Origin: Geosiphon pyriformis uo1
Lineage: Eukaryota > Fungi > Glomeromycota
Assembly: GCA_016748015.1 (NCBI GenBank)
Contig: JAAOMT010000723.1
Coordinates: 262,544-326,543, forward strand
DNA length: 64,000 nt
Reading direction: 5' to 3'
The notes below the pieces were generated by a model. That model was not told the origin of the DNA, did not search any database, and worked only from the letters and a program-made list of their open reading frames with translations. The position numbers and the translations under genes are program-made. Shown piece by piece: positions 1-13,127 of the stretch (position 1 is its first letter; each line of letters opens with the position of its first letter).

Positions 1-1786
1 ATGTTGTCGTACATATTGGAAATAAACTTCAGCCTTGTTAAAGGAAGAAGCAAGTTAATTATCGTGTGAAATTTGTTAGAAACTAATTACATAAAGATAA
101 ATTTTGGATAATTACTCTTGGATAATCAACTAACTCAAAGTGGGCTTTGCCAAGTTGAGCATAAACCCACGTTGATTGATATTGACATTCAGGTAATTCT
201 CTAAAGGCAGAAATAGCCTTTTGGCATTCATATACACTTAAAAAGGCATGACCTCGTGCACACTTTTTTAATAAATCCAATATTTCTAATCGTGCCGTTT
301 TACGTTCAAGATCTTCGGCTTGGGTATTTCCTTTGTGAGGTTGTTCATGTTCTTTAGTAGTATCTTCGACTGTACCTTTCTAGCAAATTCATCTCATTGT
401 TAATAATTGTAAAGTAACTTTATTCTGGAACCATCGCACACTTTCAATTACTAAATACCTCGTTTTCAACATCTAGAAGATGTTTGATATGAGCATTCGC
501 CCTAGTTCTCTTATTCTCGTCTTCAATAATCATGTTATTTTTATCTTCATTCATCATTCGCGTTCGTTTTTTCTCCCTGTTATCAATTGTAGGTATGGAT
601 TGGGTGGTTGGTGTAGTCTATTAACATTGATAATATAAATACATGGGTGATATTTCAATAAGATTTTTGGTCGCGATCAAATCAGACCTTTTTTGATGAA
701 ATTCGTAAACTTCGTCTTGCTGTAGCAACATTAATCCCTCGCTCCGGTCGTTGATGCTATTGCAATATTAGATGATATTTAATGTATGAGTTGAATTTCA
801 ATGATCCTGAGATGACCATTAATTTTCTTTCGATAGAAGGGTACCGGTTTTGTTAAAATACTATATTTTTGATTTCGAATGATATCGGTACATGGAAATC
901 TTGGTGTAGACTTTTCATTAGGTGGCTGGAATATTTCTTGTATATCAATTTGATTCGACTTTCCTTTATCCATATTGATTATGAGTAGGAGAAAATATTT
1001 CATCTTTAAGATAGACTTCGTATTAAAAAAACCATATACCTAGCTGACAAAGGGCCTCAAAAGCTTCCCATACAAATGGATTTTTTTTGAGACATGTCAT
1101 GTAGTGCTGGGCGGCTTCATCGATATGTCGGGTTTTTCTGCATAATGCTCCTAAAAGACATAATACGGAGGCTTCATCAAGTTTGTCGCTTTTCGAGCAA
1201 TCCCCAGACGCGTCTGCCCGAGGGAAGAAATGAAATGATCAGATGAGGCTAATTTCGAAAAATTTGCATGACAGGAAGCTATTAATAATCCTTTTTGAGA
1301 AAGAGTTAACGAAATGTTTGGGAAGGTTTCTTTTAGAGTGCATTATGAAAAAAGTCGCTACTATGAACGCGTTTATCTTTCACACGAAGAAAATCATATC
1401 GAATTCGGATGATTCGGTTTATCATTTGCTGCCTTAACCAAAAGAAACGTACCCAAGCTACTATATCCTTCTACCTCAGGCAGAATTGATGATAATTTGT
1501 CTCGTCCACAATCAGCTTTGTCCAACTCAAGGCAACATTTTGCGAAAAGATATACGCACTTGGGTGTGCGAGCATTATTTAAAAGACAGAACGCCGCTTT
1601 ACGATTACCACTACGATAGTAAGATGTGGCCAGCAAAAAAAGAGAGTTTTCGTCCTTCTTATCATAGGCAAACAATCTTTCGGCTAGGAAAATGGCATTC
1701 CTGTACATGTAATTGTCCAGCGAATGCCATATCATTCCCTCAAGCTGGGGTGCCACCAAAGGGTGAATCGTATAGTTTTCTGTCAT
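1..1786 (-). CDS. CDC27: Anaphase-promoting complex subunit 3 (CDC27/Nuc2), multi-exon, 3' end outside window
   Basis: Exon 1 encodes QLEGMIWHSLDNYMYRNAIFLAERLFAYD...ENSLFLLATSYYRSG, the APC3 N-terminal TPR signature. Downstream exon DLLKKCARGHAFLSVYECQKAISAF...STWVYAQLGKAHFELVDY matches the Cdc27 TPR block. GT-AG introns lie between them. Confidence 0.93.
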
Positions 1787-2314
1787 CTTCGAAGGCAGCT
1801 ACAAATTATTTTGAGTTGAGTTTTTCTAAAACTTGACTGTTTTTCAAAGTCCCTGCTTTTACTAAAGTCCAAATATCGTCGTCAAAAGGAAGTGAGGTGT
1901 TATATCGAAACTTTTGAATTCTTTTGAAAATAAGCAGTCACATATCAACATATTATTTTCATCGTATACTGGCCACTCTGATTAACCAAATAATTACAGG
2001 AAGCCCGATGATTCAATGCCTAAAAGAACCAGGGAATCCCGAGCTCAAATTCAAATATTGTTATGATTTGATAAAATTCTGATAGGTCCCCCTTATTAAA
2101 ATTCTGAGTCACATGAGTACAGTTTATTTTGTGAACTTTTATTTCGAGGGAAGAACTATTACTCTTTTTAACTAGTTTTCATCCTACCTCACATATTGTT
2201 TTTGAAAATTGAAAAATATTTTTATATTCGTGAAATATTATTAATCATAGGATTTTAAAATTCGTTCAAGCCATTGGAAATTCCAATTTTAATCTTGGGG
2301 ATTGTCTTTCTTAC

Positions 2315-3829
2315 TCATACTACCCTCCGTCGGTCCCGTTTATAATCCCTTGAAGATGACCTTGATGGATGACGACCATTATCCCTTGCGCGATCTCGAT
2401 TTCTTCGATCAAGTGAAACACGCTCATCGGAAATTCGCCGAGGACTTGCAGACCTAGAATCCCTTCGAGGCAGTGGTCTCCTATCAGAGCGTTCATCCGG
2501 TCTCCTCGTTCGTCCACTATCTTTATCACGAAAATCACGGTCTTGCTTACTTTCCATATAATCTTTATCTCTATCGTGGCGGTCATTTCTATATCGACTA
2601 TTACGATCACGTTCCCTACGATCGTCTCTATCACGTTCTCTATACCCATAATCATCTTGATGCGAATCTCTATCCTGTGATGTTTTCCTTGTGTCACTAT
2701 GAGGCCTTTCTCTCTCCTCAAATACCATCTCATATTTACTTCGAGGAGGAGCATCATTACCACCGCGATATTGAGTTCGTCGCTCTAAATTTTCCGAGCC
2801 TCCATAACCAATTGAGCCTCGCTTAGTCATCTTGGTTTTCAACCAATCATTATGGATCTTTGAGACAGACTGTGAGAAATCCACTTTGATACGTCGATCA
2901 TCGATCAAGACATTGTTCATTTTAAAATATGCCGTCTCACAATCTTCCCGATTTTCAAATTCAATGAAAGCGTAACAAAGTGAGTCCCCAGTTTTTTTGT
3001 CCCGAATGATCTCACAATTATCAATCTGACCGAAACGTGAGAAGATTAACTCGAGATCTTCGTCTTGAGTCACCGGATTCAGCTGACATACAAAGAGCAC
3101 ATTTTCTGGGGGTTTAACTTCAGCAAACGGAATATCTCCAATCATTTCTAAAGTTAAAGCCTGTGCTGCCGCTTCTTTTCTTCGCAGCAATTTTTCCATC
3201 TCGTCAGGCGGAAGTTCAGGTTCAATGCTCTCATCTTCGGCAATTCGAATTGTCTCTAACATTTCTTGGGTAGGGAGGGGCGATTGATCAGGCACTTGCA
3301 ATCCTTCTGGATCCTCAAAAGGATCTTCAAGCACAATAGTATGTTTTATTCGAATATCTTTGTATGGACGCCCGGTATCATCACAGTACACATTATTGAT
3401 CTCCTCAAGAACATCAAATCCCTCGGCTACCTCCCCAAACACGGTATGCTTGCCGTCAAGATAATCGAGATTCTCACCAGTAGTGATAAAGAATTGCGAT
3501 CCACTGACATCACCCCCCTCTTTACCGTCGCTAGCAACAGCCATTGAAACAGTCCCTTTATTCTTGTGCTTCAGTTTCGGGTGTATTTCAGCGGGAAAGT
3601 AGCGCCTTTGCGGACCATAGAGAATTCCAAATAAGGATTCACCTCCTTTTCCCGTCGCTGTAGGATCACCAGTTTGGACCATAAAGTCCTTTTGCACATT
3701 GTGAAAACAACAAAAGTTGTAGTATTTGATTTTGCATAGTTTAAGAAAGTTCAGAGTCGTTTGTGGACACCTTTTTACGTGCAAATCTATTACAAGGTCA
3801 CCAAGTGAAGTCTCAATTAATACGCTCAT
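2315..3829 (-). CDS. PPIL4: Cyclophilin-RRM protein (PPIL4/Rct1/Cyp59 family), intronless, RD/RS-rich tail
   Basis: [16 protein letters not shown]...[12 protein letters not shown]...GSQFFIT cyclophilin domain; [15 protein letters not shown]...YAFIEF...[20 protein letters not shown]; Arg/Asp/Ser-rich C-terminus. Confidence 0.96.
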   Translation of the reverse strand: MSVLIETSLGDLVIDLHVKRCPQTTLNFLKLCKIKYYNFCCFHNVQKDFMVQTGDPTATGKGGESLFGILYGPQRRYFPAEIHPKLKHKNKGTVSMAVASDGKEGGDVSGSQFFITTGENLDYLDGKHTVFGEVAEGFDVLEEINNVYCDDTGRPYKDIRIKHTIVLEDPFEDPEGLQVPDQSPLPTQEMLETIRIAEDESIEPELPPDEMEKLLRRKEAAAQALTLEMIGDIPFAEVKPPENVLFVCQLNPVTQDEDLELIFSRFGQIDNCEIIRDKKTGDSLCYAFIEFENREDCETAYFKMNNVLIDDRRIKVDFSQSVSKIHNDWLKTKMTKRGSIGYGGSENLERRTQYRGGNDAPPRSKYEMVFEERERPHSDTRKTSQDRDSHQDDYGYRERDRDDRRERDRNSRYRNDRHDRDKDYMESKQDRDFRDKDSGRTRRPDERSDRRPLPRRDSRSASPRRISDERVSLDRRNRDRARDNGRHPSRSSSRDYKRDRRRVV

Positions 3830-4066
3830 TCTAGAACGGAAAAAAGTTGATAAGAGGGCTTAGTAGCCAAATGAAAAGTTTCTCGTAGCTTTTTAATTTT
3901 CAATATAATTCTGGTCGAGCATGATCTGGAAGGCTAGATAATTTCAGATAACAACATTAGTAAATCAAAACTTAGTCCCATTGACCCGAACACCAAGAAC
4001 CATCCTTAAGTTCCATGGCTTCTGGTATTCTTTAAGTTACCTGCAGTTTATCTTTTAGGGTTTAAA

Positions 4067-5608
4067 ATGGCATTAACTGTACTTCTAACTACTGTCTCAA
4101 TTATTACCTGCAAGACCCTTTGTCTAACGTTTGCCGGCAGAAAAGCAACCCAGAAGACGTTAAATTATCTTTTACCCTTGGCAATCAATGGTTCAATTCT
4201 TTGTATGGCTCCCTTTCCACTTAGTCGAGTCTTCGCCTTCAGCTAACCTAAATTCTGCTACAATCGAACATTTATATTTCTGATGTAAGATACAAACAAC
4301 TGTGCGGTACTGGTCCAGTCGACTTGGCAACCAGGCTCCATAGAAACAAGAATTTTGTTGCCTTGTACGTGTTATATGTCCTATTATTTCTCTTTGAGAA
4401 TGTTTTAATCATAATAGAGATTTTGTATATGAGATCACATAAGTCAGAATCTAATTTAAATTGGGTGTTTCTTTACGTTAATATAAGGAACCAAAAACTT
4501 TATCGGACACACCCTGATGCCTTTGGACGTGACGGTTATTCCTTGGAAGAATTGTGAGTATTATTTTTTTATTCAAAGAGAACATTAATAATAATAATAA
4601 TAATAATATCTTATTTTTAATCCTCCATTATCTAGATATCATCAGAGCCAACGCACGCCACCAATTCTTCATAGTTACGAACAAGAGTTGAGCAATTACG
4701 ATTCAGAAAAAGCTGCTGGATTAACCATCATTCCGGCTTCGGAGACTCATGTCACAAATAATAAACTTTCTGAAAAAAGCCCAATTATTACTGCTATACC
4801 ATATATCGGCTCTCCTGGTACTGATGCCAATTCCCAATCAAAGTTTCCTCCAAACTCACCATTAGGGAAAAAACGAGCAACATCAAATTATTGGCCAACA
4901 AACAAACAAACAACCTTATTCGTACAGGAGATTTCATCGTTCAATCCCTCTAATCAATTTGAAATGACTCATAATTCGAACACTTTTAGCCCGAAGCCTT
5001 CCAAGAATGTAGTTAGGAAAGATGACCCTATTTCCACTTCGGCAAAGATTAACTTTTTCAATCCAAAAGTTGACTCACCTGAAGTCGGTCAATCTATCAA
5101 TAGCTCGAGCCCTAAATTTCTAATGAAAAAGAATGTCCCTAGCCCTAATTTCCCAAACCCGAAAAATTCACCTTCAGATTTATTTATTCATAGCCCTAGT
5201 CCTGAGGTTGAAATTAAGGAGAAAGAGTTACAACTATTTACAGCTAAAAAGATGATGTCGCCAGGTTCCGCTATAACTTTTGAACTTCATCAAGACAACG
5301 AATTTGTATCTCAACGAACACGATCCCGAGTTAAAGAAGTTACAAACCCTGTTTCATCCTCATCTCAATCACCGACACCAATTAGAGGCAGGAAACCAAT
5401 GGTAGATTTTCAGAGCAGTTCTGAAGCTCGGTATAATAAAGATATAACAGGCACTCGAAGAAAAACAATCAATTCTACTACTAGCCAACCCAATACTTTC
5501 CCTAGCCTAAATTTTGAAAAAAAATCAAAATCACGAGCAAAAGTTAAACATAAAAGCTCTCAAGAGTCCCATCATGAAAGGGACAAGAAAAGGCGTCGAG
5601 AGGAATGA
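4067..5608 (+). CDS. Hypothetical multi-exon protein with Ser/Pro-rich disordered C-terminus; start uncertain
   Basis: Long terminal exon (ORF 4688-5608, ending in basic KKRRREE). Upstream small exons are bounded by gtatgg/gtacgt/gtgagt donors and AG acceptors, and splice in frame as ...YKQLCGTGPVDLATRLHRNKNFVAL-NQKLYRTHPDAFGRDGYSLEEL-YHQSQ... The 5' end is not resolved. Confidence 0.6.
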
Positions 5609-5890
5609 ATAAGTTCAAATGAATCTTGCTCGAGTCCGCAAATATATTTACGAATTTTGCATATATTTACATTTCAAGATCGTCAAGCAATATATTAAAT
5701 GGATTCAATAATAATGCTTTTTTTTTTATGTTCACTACGTTAATTTTGTATATTATAGCAAAGCATTTAAGTTGGTTTTTCGAACATGATTATTTACCTC
5801 ATCTCCTTTGTACACATTGAGGGATCAAGGTAAAAGGTTTGACACAATCATTTTTTCAAATTAAGCTACAATCCCAAAAGGATATTGGGA

Positions 5891-6905
5891 TTATCCAATT
5901 TTCAAGCCAAGTCCAAAACCAATTACGAAAGCGGTATTAGTTTGGAATGTTCTTTTTAAAAAATTTATGACGTTCCTGAAATCTCTTGGTGATCCCGTTT
6001 CGTCTCGGTCCGATTGCAATATCAGATTGTATGTTTGGTCAAAAATTCCCCAATTAATTTGTGGTATCTCATAGCCTTGAGCCCTCATGAATGGAATTAG
6101 AAAAAAGGCAGCACTAATAGTCAGTACTGCCAATTTTGTTACTTTTTTCACGAAATACCCAGAAACGAATCCCATTGTAGTACCCAACATAATTTTTGTC
6201 ATTTTAGAAGCAAAATTCGGCTGATTTCCTTCGTTTCCGTTTGTGGGTACGGTTAGTTCGGGAGCATCATGATAAGGGGGATTGGTAGGCGTTGATGATG
6301 CTGCTGTCGAAGCTGACGCAAATAAATGATTTACAGAACCAGTTCCTTGGTTTAAATCTACATTCCAAGAAAGAAATTAAATACCCGTTTTTTACTGATA
6401 ATTAAGAAGCAAATAACAATTGTTGGACTACCAACCTACGCAATATGCAACGTTTCCAAAGCTGTTGAGCGCGGTAGTGACGCTGATAATGCCAAAAAAG
6501 GTGAAGACCTTAAGATTTTTTAAGCTGGGAACCCCTTTCGTCACATAACAATTTTCTTTAATCAAAGCAGTCAATATAGCAGAACTATCTGATTCCACCC
6601 TTCTAGATTGTATTAAAGAAAATGAAAGGTCTGAAGCAAAAGTAGGGTCTTAAATAAGCGGTCAGGTTTAATCTGATTAAAAACAATTGATAAGGGCAAA
6701 TGCACAATAAACTGGGTAAAAAGAAATAGAAAGTGGCGTTTAGCTACTGGTTCTTATCACGACCTTTTCTCTCAACAGCCTGTCGCTTAATAGAATTGAC
6801 CCATGAAGAGTAAAAGAAAGCTGGGCGTTGTTGAGAAATAAAAATACAACGAATGGTTCCGTATAATGGAATTGCTAATCTATTGGAAGGTCGGAAGAAT
6901 GACAT
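5891..6905 (-). CDS. FUN14-family mitochondrial outer-membrane protein, multi-exon
   Basis: Terminal exon has IMLGTTMGFVSGYFVKKVTK...QGY..INW...FVIGFGLGLKIG (FUN14 pattern). Intron at ~6359-6433. Putative Arg/Ser-rich N-terminus MSFFRPSNRL from ATG 6905; the first intron is not firmly resolved. Confidence 0.8.
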
Positions 6906-7147
6906 GGGAAGTGGAGTAAAAAATAAAACCTTGAAATATCGCAGGTTTCGATCACCTTTATATCAGATATAGAATGTTTGACAGTTAAACTAAATTCTAT
7001 TTGGTATTGATTGTTAGTGGTATTGTTAGATTTAAACGAAAGAGAAATTTGGATTAAAATATGTTATAGGATCTATAAAATTTTGTTTAGCCTTTTGATT
7101 TTTGAAATTATTTATATACTATTCAACGTAATATGTAAAAAACATAA

Positions 7148-7453
7148 TCAAGCCCACAAAATATCATCGTAGATCAGTTGCCTATGCGTCACTCGACCAA
7201 CCTCATGAAATGAATTATTATCATCAGTCCCAGTACCATAAAATTCGTCTTCAGCAAAACCCAAGATACGTAAGACCCAAAAATATGCGTAAATCAAGAA
7301 TACAAGAGAAATCAAAGCCTCAAGATAATCAAAGTATTGGTGTCGAAGTTTAAGATTACCAATATTTTCTTGCAAACTCTCATTTTGGGTGTAAGACACA
7401 TTTATAAACTGCGATAAGATAGCAATTGGTTCTGTTTTCTCTTTGGAATCCAT
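7148..7453 (-). CDS. Possible small single-pass membrane protein (101 aa)
   Basis: ATG-initiated ORF, more GC-rich than its flanks, one hydrophobic segment (ALISLVFLIYAYFWVLRILGF). No recognised family. Confidence 0.4.
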   Translation of the reverse strand: MDSKEKTEPIAILSQFINVSYTQNESLQENIGNLKLRHQYFDYLEALISLVFLIYAYFWVLRILGFAEDEFYGTGTDDNNSFHEVGRVTHRQLIYDDILWA

Positions 7454-8231
7454 GTTGTTTTAATTTATATTTGAAATAGATACGTTATGGGATTTTGATT
7501 TTTAAAAAGAGGATATTTCCCAGTGAATTCAGTAACAACCAGAAAAGAGATCGAAAGAAATTTAAAGGGATTTTTATAAAATTTTATACAATTGTTCAAC
7601 CTTTTCCAGAACACAATTAAACAAAGTCTTAAATAATTAAAAGTAAAGTAAGTCTTGTGAACAATTGGTTAAATGAATTATTTTTATTTTAAAAAATTAC
7701 GTAATATAATTATTTAAGTGATTTTAACTTTGATAATATTTTTTTTAATTTTTTGCTTGAACATCAATACTTTATTTTATTCTTGGTTATTTAATATTTT
7801 TAAAGATTATATTTATTAAAAAAAAATAGAATTAGAAAAAAAATAAAAGTAATGAAAAACAGGAATGAATGTGATTTTATTGAATATGAAAGAGAATAAA
7901 ATTTTTGAATGCAAATTGATATTGGAATAATTATAAATAAATAAATAAAATATATTATAAAACAATAATTTTATTAAAAAAAATTCAATTTGCCACTTTA
8001 AGTAACAAAAAATATAAATATTGTTCTTAAAATTTTAATTAATTAAAATATTGAAAATCTTATTTTTTATTTAATTATGATAATTTAAAACTTTTATATA
8101 TTTCTTTGATATTCTTATCTAAAAATCTGACGTCACGCGCATCTTTGAAAAATAGGTTTTTAACCAATTCAATTAAGATTTAACTTGAATAATCTTGGTT
8201 GAAAAGTAACCTACTTCGCTATCGGGACATT

Positions 8232-9045
8232 ATGACCTCATGGAATAGAATGATTCAGGGTAGAATTAAATAAGGATTATTTTCCTTCAATAATTGATGA
8301 TTTTTTCCAAAACTTGTTAATAATAATTATTGTATTTCTCACTACTTTTAAACTTTGATTTGTCTTTTAGAAAGGATCATTGATTCAGATCTTATTGATG
8401 GTTTTGCCGTGCTTACTGCTTATCATACCCAATGTATTTATTCATATGGAGAGTTGGAAGTATTATCAAAGGTAGACCTTTTTACCTCTTCAAATAATTT
8501 TCATTATTTTAATTTAGCTCTTCAAATTTGTTTAGGTTGACCCTCAAAAGTTTCAAAGTCTCGGTAGAATCTTTGATAAGATCGATATAACTGGTAAGCT
8601 CAAATTAATTTTTTATCTTCAAAGTTTTTTGGAAAAACGAAACCTCATTCATTCTTTTTTATATTATTTATAGACTCGGTCATCAAAATACCAAACATTC
8701 AATCTCAATACCAAGTATTTTACAAATCAATGTCTAGGTATGGAATAAATTATATATTTGAACCCATTTTCAAAAAGTCCCTAGAATAATTTGGATAAGG
8801 CTTTTGTTTTTTCAGTCTTCATGGAATTTCTTCACTGAATCATTATCTGACAATCACCAGTTTTTCCCTTGGGGTAAGTAAAATTTTTATAAATAAAAAA
8901 TTGTAATCAAAAATTATGCAGATGATTCAGATAATGAGTTGGTTTTTTAATTATACTTTTTTCTTTCTAGATTTTTCTCGCAACATATCATTCGCAACAA
9001 GCCATCAAACATATAGAAGAATTAACAGATTTATTACGAAGATAA
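8232..9045 (+). CDS. Divergent profilin-like protein, six small exons (~135 aa)
   Basis: Five GT-AG introns with mutually consistent phases (1,0,1,2,0) give MTSWNRMIQERIIDSDLIDGFAVLTAYHTQCIYSYGELEVLSKVDPQKFQSLGRIFDKIDITDSVIKIPNIQSQYQVFYKSMSSLHGISSLNHYLTITSFSLGIFLATYHSQQAIKHIEELTDLLRR*. The N-terminal SW helix and C-terminal A..hE.L.D.L helix resemble profilin. Confidence 0.75.
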
Positions 9046-9395
9046 AATTTAATTACTTTTTAAAGGTGAATGCATTGCTTAATTTAACCTCGTCAAATGC
9101 AATTTTAAATAAAAGTTACCCACTTTTGATGAACTCATTGTTAATACTCGTTGCATTATCGATCATACATACATATAACCGTCTCAATTGTATTACGGGA
9201 AATTTAAATGATGTCATTTTGATGTAATTTCTGTGATTGAAAAATTATTTTAGGTTTGGTGTGAATATCGAACTTTTAAATAAACGTTCAAATTTATGCT
9301 TAGAGCTTTTTATTGCTATTTTTTTTTGTTTTTTTTCAAGAAACTCTTGATTTTTTTCGAATTACAACTTTGAACCTCAGCATTAACCTTTAAAT

Positions 9396-11247
9396 ATGGC
9401 GCGTTTTGAAACCCTTGACCATCACACAGGTAGAGGTTTGGAATATATGTATATATATACTTTTTATTTTTCTTTATTTCTTATCGGTTTAAATTTTCTG
9501 TATAATAGACGAAGTTCTTGAAAAAGAAAACTGGTACACCTTAAATAACATGATATTCGCTGACCTGATAGCATTATGTCAAGAAAGGGGTATTTTTCCT
9601 TCGCTCACCTTTGTTTTTCTCTTCCTTGACATTTTAAGAAAAAAACTAAACCGTAATAACTCCTTTTGCTTTGTTAATCATATAGGATTGCCTATAGAAG
9701 GTGATAAAACAGCTCTAGTTCAACAATTATTGGATTGGGTAAGTGTAATGGATTTTCCCTCACTTTGGTTTGAATTTACAAATTAATCATTGAAACTTGT
9801 CAAACTAGAAACAAAATACGCGTCCTGTCCCCGCACCTTCGACTCCAAGACTTATCTCAACTGATAAAGGAGCTGCTGCCCAACCCATGAAACTAAACTC
9901 TACATATTGGGCCTCCTTATTCACAACTGGAGACTTGCAAAATATTGATTATCATAAATTGGAAGTTGGGAGAAAATTAGGTTCCGGAGGATTCAAAGAT
10001 TGTTATGCAGGGAAATATGAAGGGGTAAAGTATTTCACTTTTCTATGGAATATTTTATATTCTCTCATAGTATGAGTTCACTGATATTTCTCAATTGATA
10101 ATTTTAAGGAGCCAGTAGCAATCGGTGAACTACGTATTGTAAATTTCACCGAAGCAGATTTTCAAGAGATGAAACACGAGATTGACGTCCTCAAGTAATT
10201 TTTAATATTTTCATTTCCTCTCGCTCTATGATATTTCTCTGCTCCTATATCTGACTAAAAATTTTCAAACCAGACAATTGCGACACGAAAACGTAATTAA
10301 ATTTATTGGGGTATGCACAAAGACCAAACATTTATGCATTATCACCGAATTATGTGAAAATGGAGACATGTTTGATTACATGAGAAAAGCTCCTAAACCA
10401 CCATTTAGCCAACAGGTAAATGAAAATATCAAGTTTTTCAATAGTTAAAATATTTTAATTTTCAACTAAATCCTCCTATTTATCTATCCTCACCCTTAGA
10501 TCATGTTTATGCACGATATTGCCTTAGGTGTTTCATATCTACATACGCGTCGACCCAGTATAATACATCGAGATTTAAAATCTATGAATATACTTGTTTC
10601 TTCTGATTTGCGCGCGAAAATAAATGATTTTGGTTTGGCACGTATTCGTCCTAGAGCCAATGCTAGTATGCATACTCAATGTGGGACTCCCAATTGGCAG
10701 GCCCCCGAATTTTGGGCCTCAAATCCAAGATATACCGAGAAAGTTGACGTAAGTAAATCTGGATTTTCTTTATTTTTTTCAACTGATGGTGCTGAAAATA
10801 ACCGATGAATATAACTTTTCCCACTGTTAAAGATTTATGCATGCGCCCTCATATTTTGGGAAATTTTAACATGGAGTGAACTCGGATATCCATATCAAAA
10901 CTATTCTGAACATCAACTATACGAAGCAGGTATATAAAAGATTGTTTTATTGGGATTTTTTATACTTCAAAAATTTCTGAGCCAATTTAAAATATATGAT
11001 CAATCAAATTTTAGTGAAGGACAAAGGCATCCGACCTAGTATTGAGGGATTAAAAAATTTTCCACCAAGTCTTCTTCGTCTGATCCAAGCAATGTGGCAG
11101 AAAGAGCCAAAAAAGGTATTTCATATTTTTTTGGTTATTCCAAAGTTAGAATTCGTTTCTTAGGTGATTTACCTTCTCTGTTTTGGCTCCTTAAAGCGAC
11201 CGAGTATGGGGATTGTGGTTGAACAACTTGGAGAATATCTAAGCTGA
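9396..11247 (+). CDS. Tyrosine-kinase-like (TKL) protein kinase with N-terminal SAP motif, ~10 exons
   Basis: Motifs GSGGFKDCY, EIDVLKQLRHENVIKFIG, IIHRDLKSMN, NDFGLAR, CGTPNWQAPE, YTEKVD-IYA..IFWEI, RPS. N-terminal LIALCQER-GLPIEGDKTALVQQLLDW fits the SAP consensus. Confidence 0.9.
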
Positions 11248-11780
11248 TGAATTAAACCTGAATTATCATTCGATTTATTGATTCACCTTATATCGTTTTC
11301 GCCAATATTTCGTGCCATCCTGTTTTTATCCGGTTGATTGGAAATATTTTCCCTATGCCCCACTGTTTAATATTACTTGCTCCATTCTTTCCTTGAGTTA
11401 TTCCTTTTATCATCGCTTAAACCCCTCACCAATTACAAACCCATCATTATTAATTCTAAAGCGTACGCTCAAAAACTCTTGATTTTCGGCCTCGTACAAA
11501 TTCTATTATGTATTATAAACTTTTGTTCGAATTTTTTTTCAAGATTGCGATTTTGCATGTTTGTATATTTGAAACTTTACCTTTTCTGAATATGTAACAA
11601 TTTCATGCGGACTCCTCCCAAATAAAAACTTTGAGGTATTTATGTGTGTTACGTAGATCACACCTCATTCTATATAAGGAAAAGAGAAAAGCACATCCAA
11701 AAATTTTAATATAACGGTACAGATGAAAAAGTTGAAAGACATTCATTTTTCCCAATTTTGATAGTAACCCTTTTTCCAAC

Positions 11781-12886
11781 ATGTCGCAAAACCTTCTTTT
11801 CTCTACCGAACTCATCTCCTTCGAAGTTCAAGCCGCACTTCCTAAAGGTTACACCCTTCGCCCTTTGTCAAGTGACGACTACGAACGCGGGTTTTTAAAA
11901 GTTCTTTCTGTGCTCACAGTCATCGGGGACATTTCTAAAGCCATGTTTCTTGGTATGAAGGAATGCGGTCAATTTTAACACGTTGCTCACTAAGACTCCA
12001 TAGACCACAGAAGCTGATATAATTTTCTGACTCTATTTTTGCAACTCTCCCCAAATGGTTAATTAAAGAAAGGTTCAATTATTTAAAACAGCACAATCAC
12101 GAATATTTTACGGTTGTTATCGCTGACCCAACGGACCGCGTCGTCGGTGTTGGTACAATATTCGTTGAGCGTAAATTCATTCGGAATACCGGGCTTGTAA
12201 ATAATTTTACGAAATCTTCTTAATCCGTTAATTCAATTTCCAATTTAATCGGGCATTTTAATTTAGGTGGGTCATATTGAAGATATTGCTGTTGATGAGA
12301 GCCAACAAGGAAAGAAACTTGGCTTGAGGTAAGCTTTGTGGGTGGGAAGCTAGTTGAAGTATTAAAAGAATACCGACATACCCTGAAAGGGTGTTTCCAT
12401 TTCATCCAAGTCTCCTGGTCTATGAATATACTAATTTCCTTTTTCTAGAGTCATTCAAGCGCTTAAATATATTGGGGCCAAAACAGGCTGTTATAAAGGT
12501 AACATAATTTTATTATTAGTTTATCTTTTTCTTTTTTCTAATTTAAATCAATTTTTAATTCGTCGAATTCCTAAAGTAATTCTGGATTGTTCAGAAAAGG
12601 TAAAAGTCCTGATTCTTTGTTAAGATTCTCTAATTTTTTTGAGATTCTAAAATTTTAATGATATACTTGCTGCATTTTTTATCATGTGGTATCATTACAG
12701 AATGTGCCGTTTTATCAAAAGTGCGGGTAAGTATCAGGCTCGGGTTTATTATAAATGTTTTTGCTTTCCTGATTTTTTTCCAGATAGATTTTTTCGGTTT
12801 CTAAAACAAGATTTTTTTTCAGTTTTACGCGTAAAGAAGTCGAAATGGTTTGGTATACTGATGAGCCGCCCAAGGCCAATTTATAA
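11781..12886 (+). CDS. GNA1: Glucosamine-6-phosphate N-acetyltransferase (GNAT), multi-exon with micro-exons
   Basis: LPKGYTLRPLSSDDYERGFLKVLSVLT, VGVGTIFVERKFIR, GHIEDIAVD..QQGKKLG, GCYK-VILDCSEK-NVPFYQKCG-F: the full Gna1 motif set across spliced exons. Confidence 0.95.
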
Positions 12887-13127
12887 AACCCAAATCGGGT
12901 ATCGATATTTAAATGTTCCTGTCACATTGTTGAAAATGGTACTAATTATTCATTAATAAAATATTATCCTCCGAAATTTTGTTTTATATTCGATGCATGT
13001 CACACGAGTGTAATCTCCTTTTCCAGTTAATCAAATATTTCGAATAAATAAAAAAATGCTATACCTAAAATTTGCATGCAGATTGATCAAAATTTGCCAA
13101 CTTCCTTTTTGTGATTTAGTTGACGAC

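Noticed and set aside
2320-2826. Overlapping 147-aa and 117-aa ORFs
   Set aside because: Shadow frames of the low-complexity RD/RS tail of PPIL4.
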